From Planctomycetota bacterium (lineage in GTDB: Bacteria > Planctomycetota > Phycisphaerae > UBA1845), in NCBI GenBank assembly GCA_024275565.1, contig JAJRYY010000127.1, forward strand, positions 124 through 64,123: a stretch of DNA of 64,000 nucleotides, read 5' to 3'. Position numbers and translations under genes: made by a program. Numbering within the stretch: the stretch's first letter is position 1; each line of letters opens with the position of its first letter. Below the pieces are notes generated by a model. The model saw only the letters and a list, made by a program, of their open reading frames with translations. It made no database searches and had not been told where the DNA came from. Positions 1 through 9,961 of this stretch are shown piece after piece.

Positions 1-2
1 AG

Positions 3-1148
3 ATGCCGATTCTTCCGCACAGGGTTCGGCGGGCCGGTCCGGATTATAAGGCGGTTGCGTCTGCAGTTGAGCTTATCAAGCGTGCAGAGTATCCAGTGAT
101 TCTGGCGGGAAATGGAGCGGTGCGTAAGCGTGCGAGCAAGCAGCTTCAGATTTTCGCAGAGCGTACAGGGATCGGGGTCATCAACACATTCATGGGCAAG
201 GGAGCGATTCCTCGAAGCCATGATCGGTGTCTATTTACGATGGGATTGCAGGCCCGTGATCGTGCGTCGTGTGTCGTGGATCGTGCTGATCTGGTGATAT
301 GCATTGGGTACGATCTTGTGGAATATCATCCGCGACTCTGGAATCAGGGAAATGCGAAGAAAATCATACACATTGATTTTCTGCCGGCTGAGGTGGATGA
401 GAATTATCGGGTCGAAGTCGAATTGTGCAACGATATAGCCAACTCACTGTGGGCATTGAATGAGGAATTTGTTGGATGTGAAAAGCTCTTATGCGATATT
501 GAAGGTCATAAGCGCGTCCGGGAGGAAATGCTCGCCGATTTTGCGGAATACGCCAATGACGACACGGAGGGGTTGATTAAACCGCAGAAGGCGATCTGGG
601 ATGTGCGAGAGGTATTGGGACTCAGCGACATACTGCTGTCAGATGTTGGTGCCCACAAAATGTGGATCGCCAGATACTACCAGTGCGATGAACCCAATAC
701 ATGCCTGATTTCCAACGGTTTTTGTACGATGGGCTTTGCACTTCCCGGATCCATCGCAGCCAAGATGGTGTATCCCGATCGCCGCGTGATGGCGATATGT
801 GGTGACGCTGGCGTGATGATGAACATTCAGGATTTTGAGACGGCTGTTCGATACGGCGTGAATGTTGTCATATTTGTATGGGAAGATCATGAATATGGTC
901 TGATAAAATGGAAGCAGCAGAACGCATTCCATAAGCACTCCGATCTCAGGTTCAACAACCCGGATTTTGTTGCGCTGGCTGAATCGTTCGGCGGCGTGGG
1001 GTTCAAGGTGACTCGGTCGCGTGACCTTAAATCCACACTTGAAGAAGCGTTCAATGCGAGCAAGCCAGCCATTGTCTCAATGGATGTCGATTATTCCGAA
1101 AACCTGAAGCTCTCGCAGCGGCTGGGCGAAATTGCGTGTACGATTTAA
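3..1148 (+). CDS. Thiamine-diphosphate enzyme of the acetolactate synthase (AlsS-like) family; 5' end cut by window edge
   Basis: ORF is open from the window start. It carries the C-terminal TPP-binding motif GDAGVMMNIQDFETAVRYGVNVVIFVWED and a middle domain PVILAGNG...; family-level recognition of the translation. Confidence 0.85.
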   Translation: MPILPHRVRRAGPDYKAVASAVELIKRAEYPVILAGNGAVRKRASKQLQIFAERTGIGVINTFMGKGAIPRSHDRCLFTMGLQARDRASCVVDRADLVICIGYDLVEYHPRLWNQGNAKKIIHIDFLPAEVDENYRVEVELCNDIANSLWALNEEFVGCEKLLCDIEGHKRVREEMLADFAEYANDDTEGLIKPQKAIWDVREVLGLSDILLSDVGAHKMWIARYYQCDEPNTCLISNGFCTMGFALPGSIAAKMVYPDRRVMAICGDAGVMMNIQDFETAVRYGVNVVIFVWEDHEYGLIKWKQQNAFHKHSDLRFNNPDFVALAESFGGVGFKVTRSRDLKSTLEEAFNASKPAIVSMDVDYSENLKLSQRLGEIACTI

Positions 1149-1188
1149 TACATAAATCTTCCGTACAACTTAATACAATATTCTGCCT

Positions 1189-2133
1189 TCAACTCGGGCG
1201 GGCTGTGAGGCGGTAGGTAAAGTAGGACACGAAGCATTCGCCGATCAGGGGCAGAGGGATCAGGAAGCGCGTGGATCGACTGAGCGATGAACCGGCGAAC
1301 CCTGCCCGGCGGCGATCGCGAATGTCAAATGTTGTCTTGCGGATAAGTCCCTCGAATTCCTCGCTCCGCATCCGATTTAGAAACGGTTCGTACGTCTTCA
1401 TATCACGCCACTTGTTCGCTCGCCTGGTCCCAGTCTCGGCGTCGATATCCCAAAGCCTCGGCACGAAATCCGGATCGTCAAAAATCTCGGCACACACGGC
1501 AAACACCGTCGCAGGCGAAAACAGCAGGTGGACCCACGGGAGCGGAATGAGCGATTCAACATGGTGGCCATACGGTCCCATCCAGGGCGACCACCATATC
1601 CACACCTCACCGCCAGGCCTCAACACTCGCTGCCACTCAGCCAGGGTCTCCGACACATTGGGGATATGCTCCAGTACGTCGAAGCAGCAGATGATGTCGC
1701 AGGATTCGTCGGGCAGATCGATCCGACGATCATCCGTTGCATGTCGAAACGACAACCGGCCCGCGACGTCTGCGGTGAGATTGGCCTGGTCGAGATGGTC
1801 GCACGCACGCTCGATCGCGTCAGAGTCCATGTCGATCCCAATCACCGAAGCAGCCTTAAAATCCCGTGCGATGATCTCAGACAGCGCACCAGATCCGCAG
1901 CCAAAGTCCAGAACGTCTTTGCCAGCGAGTCTGGAGGGGTCAAAATGAGTCCGAAGTTGTTCTTCGAGTGATTTCGCCCGCCAGGATTCGTAGTGCGAAC
2001 GCGACGTGACAGTTTCAGCCCCCGACCCTCGATGAAACGCTGATTTCCGATGCGCTCGCCGAGCCAATCCGAGCAGGAGTCGGACGGAGAACGGGGGGAG
2101 AAGGTCGGGTTTTACAACGGTAGTCAACGCCAT
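1189..2133 (-). CDS. Class I SAM-dependent methyltransferase
   Basis: Motif I VLDFGCGSGAL, followed by an acidic post-I residue and CFDVLEHIP (motif II/III style). Confidence 0.8.
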   Translation of the reverse strand: MALTTVVKPDLLPPFSVRLLLGLARRAHRKSAFHRGSGAETVTSRSHYESWRAKSLEEQLRTHFDPSRLAGKDVLDFGCGSGALSEIIARDFKAASVIGIDMDSDAIERACDHLDQANLTADVAGRLSFRHATDDRRIDLPDESCDIICCFDVLEHIPNVSETLAEWQRVLRPGGEVWIWWSPWMGPYGHHVESLIPLPWVHLLFSPATVFAVCAEIFDDPDFVPRLWDIDAETGTRRANKWRDMKTYEPFLNRMRSEEFEGLIRKTTFDIRDRRRAGFAGSSLSRSTRFLIPLPLIGECFVSYFTYRLTARPS

Positions 2134-2151
2134 TTCAGTGTTATCCTGATG

Positions 2152-3669
2152 TCAATCCTTCGAGCGGACACGTGTCTCATCTCTGGCGAGCGGGATGCTT
2201 TCTACTGGTGCAGATTTGTCAGGTGGCGGAATTTCGACGTTCATGATCGCCGGCAAGGTCGCGGGTTGGAGCGCGATCTGCGACGGTTCACTGGTTTCCA
2301 GCGACTGGGCGATTCGCTCATAGAGTCGTTCGCCGATGAACAGACCGAACTGGGTGAATCCGAACGTGAGAACCAGATCCGTCACGGACGGTATACGCCC
2401 CGGTAACCAGCATTGAACAATCTCCAGAACAGCCACATACGCCGTGGCCACAATCGATAGAAGCGTGCGATCAGACATCCTTACCCGCTTCCCGTCATAC
2501 GCCAGCAGGAGGGCAAGCAAGACACCGAGCGTGATGTACCGAAATGATTTGTGGAGTGCATCGACCGCCGATGATGGCAAATTGCCGAGCGAATAGGCAT
2601 AAAACGGAATCCACTCGATCTGCTGTACGCCAGCCTCTGAGTCAAATTGAACGTGGAACGGTGCAAGCTCGCGGGCGGTGATGTAGAGAATGCAGAGGGC
2701 GATACCGGTGACCAGGCTGCGACGCAATAGTTCATACTGCCGGACAATCGGGAGACCGGAAGAACCTACGAAGTACCGGCTGATGATCGGATACATGAGT
2801 GCGCCAGTGACCGCTCCGAAAGTTCGCGTCAGCAGGTGCGTGGAATCAAAGCCGACCGACATGACAAGAACGCCACCGATGGTCAGAATAACGGCGTAGG
2901 CAGTCACGGATCCGAGCGATTTTACCGTCGCCACGAAGACGGATCGCCCTGGCTGAAGACAATGGCGAAATGCTAGCGCGGACAGCACCGCAAACAGGAA
3001 CACATCCACGATATAATCAAGACGCAACTGCCACAACCGGACAGCATCGTACATCCCGTGCGAACGCGTCAGTTCGTTCAGCCTGGCGAACGGAACGAGG
3101 TATGCGTTGCGGACGGACCTGCCAAGCAGCGATATATCGAAGGTGAGGTCCAGCGGCATGAGTACCGCTAGTGCTGTAAAAATACCCCAGCCAGTCGCGA
3201 ATACGATCGTGTTGTTGCGATCCAGTTCAGCCTCAAGCGTGGGCAGCGATCGTTTGAGGAGGAATGATTCCGGTGTGTAGAGTACGGCCCCCAGGGCGAC
3301 ACCCGCGATGTTGGCCACCACATCTGCCAGTGATGAGATGCGTGTTGCGAGATACACCTGCGTCAGCTCAAGGAACATGCTCATCACGCCGGTCATGGCG
3401 AGCGTCAACAGAACAGCCACGGGCGCAGCGATCCGGTGTCTTGCGAGTGTCGCGCGGGCGAGCAACCCGAGTGGTAGATAAAGGGCGATGTTGCTGAAAA
3501 TATCGGGCAGGCTTGTTGAGGCGAGGTGGACGCCGAAGAATTGACGTCCATCGTAGGCGATCGGTGAGGAGATGAAATCGAAGGGCACGAGGGAACCGTA
3601 CACGATGAATACCGCGTAGGAAAAAGTGAGGATGTCGATCCACCGATGTCGCTTCATAACGCTTTGCAC
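2152..3669 (-). CDS. Polytopic membrane protein with VanZ-like segments
   Basis: About 12 hydrophobic helices. An N-terminal VYGSLVPFDF...SNIALYLPLG pattern typical of VanZ-like proteins recurs near the C-terminus (IEWIPFYAY...ITLGVLLA). Confidence 0.6.
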   Translation of the reverse strand: MQSVMKRHRWIDILTFSYAVFIVYGSLVPFDFISSPIAYDGRQFFGVHLASTSLPDIFSNIALYLPLGLLARATLARHRIAAPVAVLLTLAMTGVMSMFLELTQVYLATRISSLADVVANIAGVALGAVLYTPESFLLKRSLPTLEAELDRNNTIVFATGWGIFTALAVLMPLDLTFDISLLGRSVRNAYLVPFARLNELTRSHGMYDAVRLWQLRLDYIVDVFLFAVLSALAFRHCLQPGRSVFVATVKSLGSVTAYAVILTIGGVLVMSVGFDSTHLLTRTFGAVTGALMYPIISRYFVGSSGLPIVRQYELLRRSLVTGIALCILYITARELAPFHVQFDSEAGVQQIEWIPFYAYSLGNLPSSAVDALHKSFRYITLGVLLALLLAYDGKRVRMSDRTLLSIVATAYVAVLEIVQCWLPGRIPSVTDLVLTFGFTQFGLFIGERLYERIAQSLETSEPSQIALQPATLPAIMNVEIPPPDKSAPVESIPLARDETRVRSKD

Positions 3670-3802
3670 CTGACCGCAATCGGTCGAGCGCGGTCATCGA
3701 TTATTATCGGAGAAACGGAGTGCTGACCGTTGTGGAAGCAACAGAAGCTGCAGATCTCGCAGCATGGAGAAAATCCACGAATCGCAGGTCCGATAAAGAT
3801 CG

Positions 3803-4804
3803 TTACCCGTCGTCCAGATCAGCGATTTGAAGTCGACGCACAAGATCCTTGATGTCGTAGTAACGGAGCATCGCATCACCCTTGCTCATGTTTTTCTTCC
3901 ACTGCTGCCAGGGCATTCTGCAATGTCCGGTTTCGTCGGGAAAGACCCGTCTGACACGGCCTTTGAAATGTTTTTGCCAATACCAGATACCGCGCCCCGT
4001 GTCCCAGTCGACATCATCAACCGGGACAGGCCCGTCAAAATTCGGATGCTTGGCGAACCATTTCCACCAGCCACAACCATGGTTCCACTGGTCGAGACTG
4101 GCACCGCGCGTGGTGGAGCAGGCAAGACCCGGGCAGGGCAGCTCCTTTTTCATCCACCATCCGCGAGGACGGAAGGCAGCCGTCTCACCATCATCAAGCT
4201 TGTCGAAAACGGTCGCGAGATGTTCCATGTTCGACCGGCTGACGATCAGGTCGCTATGCCAGCAAGCCATTCTCGGCGCGAACGCGTAGACGAATTCCAT
4301 CGGAAAATGGACCCAGACGGTCGGAAGATTCAGCAACCGATTCACGTCGAATCGTATCGATCCGGGAAGAATGGTCGGTGTTTCTGAAAGCGGGTCCTGT
4401 CCGACGACGGGTGTCCAGCCATATTCGAGCACAAGTCGCTGCTGAATGCGGCAGAAACGGTCCACGACCGACCAGCAAAGCCACGGCTTTTCAATACCGT
4501 CAAGCTGCACTTTCCAGTCAGCGATGGCCTCTTCAAGCGGGCCAAGCGCATGCCCCCACGCTTCCCAGTCGCCAGTTCCAAGATGGTGATGGCGGTAGTC
4601 GTCGGGGGCGACAACGAGCGGTGCGATGTTCCTGGTTTCAGTAGACACGCGTTGAATATCGGTCGTTTGTACAGGCGACTTAACGTGCGTTCGGATCGAC
4701 ATCAGAGCCGGGTGGCCCACCTCTTCAGAGGTGGGGGAGGCGACGATACGTCGTGCATCCCCCCCATGGCGACGTTGAATACATCGTGCAAGCGCTTTTC
4801 GCAT
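3803..4804 (-). CDS. Hypothetical Trp-rich protein (no family recognised); alternative start at 4702
   Basis: Long ORF co-directional with and between the FkbM and VanZ-like genes. The composition looks non-repetitive and globular (GCGWWKWFAKHPNFDG..WYWQKHF). No motif I can name. Confidence 0.55.
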   Translation of the reverse strand: MRKALARCIQRRHGGDARRIVASPTSEEVGHPALMSIRTHVKSPVQTTDIQRVSTETRNIAPLVVAPDDYRHHHLGTGDWEAWGHALGPLEEAIADWKVQLDGIEKPWLCWSVVDRFCRIQQRLVLEYGWTPVVGQDPLSETPTILPGSIRFDVNRLLNLPTVWVHFPMEFVYAFAPRMACWHSDLIVSRSNMEHLATVFDKLDDGETAAFRPRGWWMKKELPCPGLACSTTRGASLDQWNHGCGWWKWFAKHPNFDGPVPVDDVDWDTGRGIWYWQKHFKGRVRRVFPDETGHCRMPWQQWKKNMSKGDAMLRYYDIKDLVRRLQIADLDDG

Positions 4805-4864
4805 CCCCCAAGTCTGGAGACATGCACCACTCAGCCCAATTCATCCAGGAGGCATGGCGATACA

Positions 4865-5839
4865 TCAGAGAGTCGTCGTATCGAAATCAGCCAGCCACTC
4901 CGGGGGACCGATCTCGTTCGGAACGCATAGGACGCGGCTGCGAAATTGCACGGATGATTCCGGCGTTGTAATCCCGGCGAAGTCGCCGCTGCCCGTGACC
5001 ACCCGCTTCGTGCGCAGGCGAATCATCTGGTAGTCAGCCTCGGAGAGAATCGAGAGAATCGATGCAGCATTGTCGCCCACGGTCATACCAGTCCAGGCGT
5101 GAAGCTCGAGCGCAATCATCGGTTTCAACGCCCGCAGCACGCCAGAACATCCCTGCAGAACCCCTTGCTCCGCACCCTCAACGTCGATCTTGATGAGATC
5201 GGGCTGAATATCATAGTGCGAAACGAGGTCATCCATCGCGATGGTGCTCTTGAACATGGGAATACTGCGAGCATTCCGTGGAGGCAGAACAGTGGACGAT
5301 TGTGGAGAAATATGGTCCCAGTGAAACGCGACGAGTCGCCCGGATGTTCGGTCCGCCAGGGCATTGACGATGTGGATACGCTCGGAAGCATCGTTCAAAC
5401 GCGCGTTTTCACGGATGACAAGACAGGACGCCTCCGATGGTTCGATGGCGTATAGATTCCCGGATGGATGCATGTCTGACAGCATCACCAGAGCGGACGC
5501 TCCAACGTTCGCACCTATGTCGAGAACGCAGTGTTTATCGGTCGCACAACGACGCAGGAACGCATAATCCGCCTGCTCCTGCTCACCGCGAGCTTCATAC
5601 GCAAGTCGAAACGTCATGCCAGCCAGCGGTACATCTCGATCCGCGAGCATCGCACGTTTAACCCCCCGCGCAGCCTCACGCCAGTAGGAAGTACGCGGTG
5701 CTTCGCGATCGAGCGTGACGGTACCTGTACCAGCTCCACCGCCTGTATCTGCTCCACCGCCTGTACCATCCTCGCCGCCTGTACCTGCTTCGCCATCCAT
5801 CCATACCGTGCCACAATCTGTCACTCTGACATCCTCCAT
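4865..5839 (-). CDS. FkbM-family SAM methyltransferase with Gly/Thr-rich N-terminal repeat
   Basis: VLDIGANVGAS and IKIDVEGAEQGVLQG motifs. The chosen ATG (5839..5837) overlaps the TGA of the upstream radical SAM gene as TGATG. Later starts (MLADRD, MTFRLAY) are possible. Confidence 0.75.
   Translation of the reverse strand: MEDVRVTDCGTVWMDGEAGTGGEDGTGGGADTGGGAGTGTVTLDREAPRTSYWREAARGVKRAMLADRDVPLAGMTFRLAYEARGEQEQADYAFLRRCATDKHCVLDIGANVGASALVMLSDMHPSGNLYAIEPSEASCLVIRENARLNDASERIHIVNALADRTSGRLVAFHWDHISPQSSTVLPPRNARSIPMFKSTIAMDDLVSHYDIQPDLIKIDVEGAEQGVLQGCSGVLRALKPMIALELHAWTGMTVGDNAASILSILSEADYQMIRLRTKRVVTGSGDFAGITTPESSVQFRSRVLCVPNEIGPPEWLADFDTTTL
5733..5786. repeat. 18-bp x3 in-frame tandem repeat (encodes GTGG(E/G)(D/A) units) in the FkbM N-terminus
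   Basis: Units gctccaccgcctgtatct / gctccaccgcctgtacca / tcctcgccgcctgtacct read directly. Confidence 0.9.
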
Positions 5840-7530
5840 CAAGACATGATGTGGGAGGTCGACACGTTGGTAGACCCCGCTTGACGCTGCCGCATGACGC
5901 GGGCGTTGCCCAGAAGTCCTTTGAGGACCCGAACGAATTTTCCACCAGACGACGTCGTGAACATCCCCTTCACGACTTCCAGAATACGCCCAGGCCGAGC
6001 GGCGAAGGACACCGCGAAAAAACTCGCAAAACTGAAGAGAATCATCATCCGCAGGAGCGTGTTCGGAACACGTCGATTCCAGCTTTTCTGCTGCCAGATG
6101 CTGAGGTATCCGAAGATCGAGTCGAGATATTCGTCCGATAATTCGATCGGCGTATCCGCGTGAATCTGACGGAAAAGCTCGGTATTCGGCAGTGGCGACA
6201 ACGCACAGATCGACACCTCCCTGAACCCAGTCACCGCGCATCGCAGCATCGTCAGATACGTCTGGAGCATCTGTTTCCACGTCTCACCAGGAAATCCGTA
6301 GATGAAAATGCACTGCACACGGATCCCCGCTTTGATGGCGTCGCGGGCTGATGCGAAAGCACTATCTATGTGGATCTTCTTCTTGATCCGCTTGAGCATC
6401 TCCGGCGATCCGGATTCAAACGCGTAGGAAAACTGCCGGCAGCCAGCCCCATACATCGCGCTGGCGACCTCCGTGTCGATGGCTTCGCTGCGCGTTCCAG
6501 ATGGAAGCTGCCACGAAACGTTCAAGTCACGCTTGATTATTTCGCGACAGAACTCGAGGATCCAGTCTTTGCGAACAACGGCGGTCAGGTCTTCAAAATG
6601 GAAATCGTTCGCGCCGTATTTGCGCATATAGAGTTCCATTTCGTCGATGACCTGATCGACGCTCCGCGGTCGCCACGACGTTCCCCACATTCCCGGCGAT
6701 CCGCAAAAGGTGCACTGGTACGGGCAGCCTCGGGTGGCGAGCATGGGCATGGATCTGCCGTCGGCGCTGCCGTGCGGCTGACGGTGCTCAATGTACTTTG
6801 ACACATCGAAATATCTCCATGCGGGCAATGGGATGTCGTCGATGTTTCGGATGCGCGAGCGACGCGGATTGGTGACGATCTGCCCTTCCGAACGGGCGAT
6901 CGTGCCGGGAATGTCCGTCACAACAGGAAGCGCAGTTTTTGCCGAAGCTTGCGTGTTGTCTGAAAGTGTACGTTTCTTCATCTGTGCGATTCTGTCGCAG
7001 AGTTCCAGCAGCGTTTCCTCCCCTTCGCCGGTGACGATGTAGTCGGTTGGGGATTGCTCGAAGACCAGGTCGGGTAGTGCGGTGGGGTGTTCACCCCCTA
7101 AGACGATCGGTGTGGCAGGAAAGCGAGACTTGATTTTGTTCACCAGATCGCGGAGTGGTGGCCAGGCGCATGAGAACATGATGCCCATGCCGATGAGGTC
7201 TGCTTCCGGGTCGATTCGATCGAGGATTTCGTCGAATGTCAGTCCCTGCATTGTTTTGTCGTTTTGTGTAAAAACCTGTCCGAGTCCTTCGCCGACGCCG
7301 TCGATGACCGATACCCGGTGTCCTGCCTGTTCGAGGGTGGCGGTCAGGTATGCGAGTCCGAGCGGTGGGATCGCGACGGATGATACGAGGTTTGCGGCGG
7401 AGACGCGTTGTGGCGGATGGATGAGCTGGACGCGCAGTTTTTGCGCAGTCTTGTCGCGTGTGAGGATTGCGTTGTGTGTGTGTCTGAGTTGTGTGTGTTT
7501 GAGTTGTGTGGTGCTGAGTTGTGTTAGCAT
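5839..7530 (-). CDS. B12-binding (class B) radical SAM enzyme
   Basis: CxxxCxxC cluster motif in ATRGCPYQCTFCGSP. N-terminal Rossmann-like cobalamin-domain pattern (RVQLIHPP...VSVIDG...IGMGIMFS). The N-terminus contains a TQL repeat. Confidence 0.85.
   Translation of the reverse strand: MLTQLSTTQLKHTQLRHTHNAILTRDKTAQKLRVQLIHPPQRVSAANLVSSVAIPPLGLAYLTATLEQAGHRVSVIDGVGEGLGQVFTQNDKTMQGLTFDEILDRIDPEADLIGMGIMFSCAWPPLRDLVNKIKSRFPATPIVLGGEHPTALPDLVFEQSPTDYIVTGEGEETLLELCDRIAQMKKRTLSDNTQASAKTALPVVTDIPGTIARSEGQIVTNPRRSRIRNIDDIPLPAWRYFDVSKYIEHRQPHGSADGRSMPMLATRGCPYQCTFCGSPGMWGTSWRPRSVDQVIDEMELYMRKYGANDFHFEDLTAVVRKDWILEFCREIIKRDLNVSWQLPSGTRSEAIDTEVASAMYGAGCRQFSYAFESGSPEMLKRIKKKIHIDSAFASARDAIKAGIRVQCIFIYGFPGETWKQMLQTYLTMLRCAVTGFREVSICALSPLPNTELFRQIHADTPIELSDEYLDSIFGYLSIWQQKSWNRRVPNTLLRMMILFSFASFFAVSFAARPGRILEVVKGMFTTSSGGKFVRVLKGLLGNARVMRQRQAGSTNVSTSHIMS
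7485..7529. repeat. 15-bp x3 tandem repeat at the 5' end of the radical SAM ORF
   Basis: Units tgagttgtgtgtgtt / tgagttgtgtggtgc / tgagttgtgttagca. Confidence 0.9.
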
Positions 7531-7544
7531 TTGAATCGCTCGAT

Positions 7545-7580
7545 GCTGGTTTGGGTCACTCGGCTGGTTCGGGTCACTCG
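7545..7580. repeat. 18-bp x2 tandem repeat in the divergent intergenic region
   Basis: gctggtttgggtcactcg / gctggttcgggtcactcg (17/18 identical). Confidence 0.9.
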
Positions 7581-7657
7581 TGATGCTTGCTTATCGACCG
7601 CGATAATGGCGTGATCCATTCCAAAAGACGAGATTATCAGACGCCGATAACACCGGG

Positions 7658-9844
7658 ATGAGATGTCGTGGTTTCACAGAGGATTTGGGAGATTTACCGG
7701 ACTCAGGCATTCTGAGCGGGCGTGGGGTGAAGCGTCTGTTCCGTGACTGGTTTGGCGTGTCGTCTCTGATTTTGTGTCCTGTTGTGCTCATTGTGTATTT
7801 ATCGGTCTGGTTTGGGCTGGACTGGCGTGTGAGCGGTCGAGGCGTTCTGGGTCTTCTGCTGCTGGGTGTTGCGCCGGGATATGTCGTCTGGCGATTTGTA
7901 TTTGGTCTCCGGAGCATGGTGTCTCTGGAGAGTGTGATAGCGTGGCTGCTGCTTGGTACACTGATGACGCCACCCGTCTGGTTTGTGTGCAGCTGGGTTG
8001 GGCTTGCGTGGTTGTTCTGGGTGTTCTTTGGAGTATCGGTTCTGCTGCTGATCGTGTTTATCGTTCAGCAGTGGGTTTCGGTTTCGGCATTGTGTGCCAA
8101 TTTGTCTCCGGTTGTCGCGATCGTGATGTGGGCTGGCTGCGGGTTCGTCGTTCTCTGGAGTTTGTCGCTTTCCATTGTGGAGTTTCGTGACGGTGACGTT
8201 CATGTGATGCCCTATTCGGACCATGTTCTCCATGCCATGCTTGTGGGCGAGCTGAGTCGTGGTGTGCCCGCTCATACGATTCCGTTTATCGCTGGGGCTG
8301 ACAAGTGGGCGTACCATCAGATGCCGGATGTCTGGTGCGATTTGCTTCGTCGCGTATCCGGAGCCAGTACGAATGATGCTTATTTTTATCTTGCGTTGCC
8401 TCTTCGTTATTTTCTGATTTCTCTGGGATGTTTCCTTGCCATATGCGGTCGATTTGGACGTCTTTCCGGGTTGAGCAGTATGGTGTGTCTGCTTGCGTTT
8501 TCGGGGTTTTTCGGGATTCAGATGTTCGCGAACGGCTTGATGGTATACCTTTTTTTGAGCTATCCGACAGCTTTTGGGCTGATGGGTGTTTTTCTCATTC
8601 TGTACTGTTTATCCCTGTTGGGGAAGGATTCTGCTGGTCGCATATTTACGCTTGCGGTCGTCCTTGCGATGTCACTGCTCTGGTATAAGGCCAACTACGC
8701 CCTTGTCGTGGTGCCAGCAGTGACGACGGTTGCGGTTCTGATGCTTTATCCCCGTCGTGAGTGGGGTTGGCTGGGTGTTTGTGTTGGGGTGCTGGTGGTT
8801 ATCGGGGTTGTTCGGTTGTTTGACATCGCGTCGGCTGACATGGGGCCGGATCTGCTGATGCGTCCGGGGATGTTTCTGTCGTGGTGGTGGGAATTGAAGT
8901 TTGCACCGGACAGCGTATTCCGGATGTGGGTAGATGGTTGGCCGATCGTTTTGAAATGGCCGATCATGCTGCTGACGTGCGTTGTGTTCAGGTTTCATAC
9001 CGTGTTGTTTTCAATGTTGTATCTTGCATGGCGATTTCAATTTGGGCGGGGTGATCGCGCCTTGTGCTGGGTTGATCGAACATTGCTCCTGATGATCTTG
9101 TTTCTTATTGCCGGGCTGGTCGCGCTTCCGGTTCAGCGTGGTGCGATCTGGAATGTTTCCATGCACAATCTCTTTCTGGTATTGGCGCTTGGATTGTGTC
9201 TGATGGGACCTGTTGTGGTTGATATTGCGGGCTGGATGTTTCGCCGGCGTGGTTCGGCGGTTGTGATTGTGGCGTTATTCTGTGCTTCTGTGTTTGTGGA
9301 CAATGTGTTGGCTTTGCGTCGTACAGCGCTTTGGAGTACGCGTGTTGGAAGTGGTGTTGTCGGTAAGGACATGTATGCCTGCTACCGATTTATTCGAGAC
9401 ACTTCGCCCAGCGACGCGCTTGTGATGATACCGTCCTATCGCGAGGGGAGGTCTCCGGCTGGGTTGCTGACCGGGCGTCGACTGGTGCTTGAGAATGGTG
9501 AGGCGTGGAAAACTTTTTACGATACTGCTCCACTGCTGAGTGATCTTGATCGGTTTTATTCCGATGCCCAGTCGGATGAGCGGTCTTTGATTCTGGATAA
9601 GTATGCTGTTGATTATTTCGTGTCTGAGCATCCAATTCATATGCCAGATCGTGTGTCTCTGGTGTTCGAGCATGGTGGTGTCATGGTTTATCGCGTTGGT
9701 CCTTCAACTGGCAATGTGCAGGCTTTTGCGTCTCAGTCTGAGTTTTTCGAGTCTGAGTTTTTCGAATCTGTGTTGACTGAGGGGTCTGTGCTGATTGAGG
9801 GGAATGCTGCGCCATCCAATATTGCGAACAGGGATGGTGGTTAG
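7658..9844 (+). CDS. Large polytopic membrane protein, possibly GT-C-type glycosyltransferase (start uncertain)
   Basis: More than 12 predicted TM helices followed by a soluble C-terminal domain. It heads an operon with an ArnC-like GT2. The C-terminus has a duplicated SEFFE unit (15-bp x2 at 9737..9766). Function is by context only. Confidence 0.6.
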   Translation: MRCRGFTEDLGDLPDSGILSGRGVKRLFRDWFGVSSLILCPVVLIVYLSVWFGLDWRVSGRGVLGLLLLGVAPGYVVWRFVFGLRSMVSLESVIAWLLLGTLMTPPVWFVCSWVGLAWLFWVFFGVSVLLLIVFIVQQWVSVSALCANLSPVVAIVMWAGCGFVVLWSLSLSIVEFRDGDVHVMPYSDHVLHAMLVGELSRGVPAHTIPFIAGADKWAYHQMPDVWCDLLRRVSGASTNDAYFYLALPLRYFLISLGCFLAICGRFGRLSGLSSMVCLLAFSGFFGIQMFANGLMVYLFLSYPTAFGLMGVFLILYCLSLLGKDSAGRIFTLAVVLAMSLLWYKANYALVVVPAVTTVAVLMLYPRREWGWLGVCVGVLVVIGVVRLFDIASADMGPDLLMRPGMFLSWWWELKFAPDSVFRMWVDGWPIVLKWPIMLLTCVVFRFHTVLFSMLYLAWRFQFGRGDRALCWVDRTLLLMILFLIAGLVALPVQRGAIWNVSMHNLFLVLALGLCLMGPVVVDIAGWMFRRRGSAVVIVALFCASVFVDNVLALRRTALWSTRVGSGVVGKDMYACYRFIRDTSPSDALVMIPSYREGRSPAGLLTGRRLVLENGEAWKTFYDTAPLLSDLDRFYSDAQSDERSLILDKYAVDYFVSEHPIHMPDRVSLVFEHGGVMVYRVGPSTGNVQAFASQSEFFESEFFESVLTEGSVLIEGNAAPSNIANRDGG

Positions 9845-9961
9845 AAACAGATTACGTCCACTGGTGCAATTGCCATCGCATTTGCGTGTTCTGCTGTCGT
9901 CGAGCCTGTGATGGCATTCGATGCGGATGGATCTGAGCAGTGGTTTCGTTTTGGAGGAAGT

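Noticed and set aside
5840-6280. N-terminal 147 aa of the 471-aa ORF 4865..6280 (an extended FkbM gene).
   Set aside because: This part overlaps the 3' end of the radical SAM gene in another frame and has no methyltransferase features. An internal ATG at 5839 forms a TGATG junction with the radical SAM stop and leaves a complete FkbM domain.
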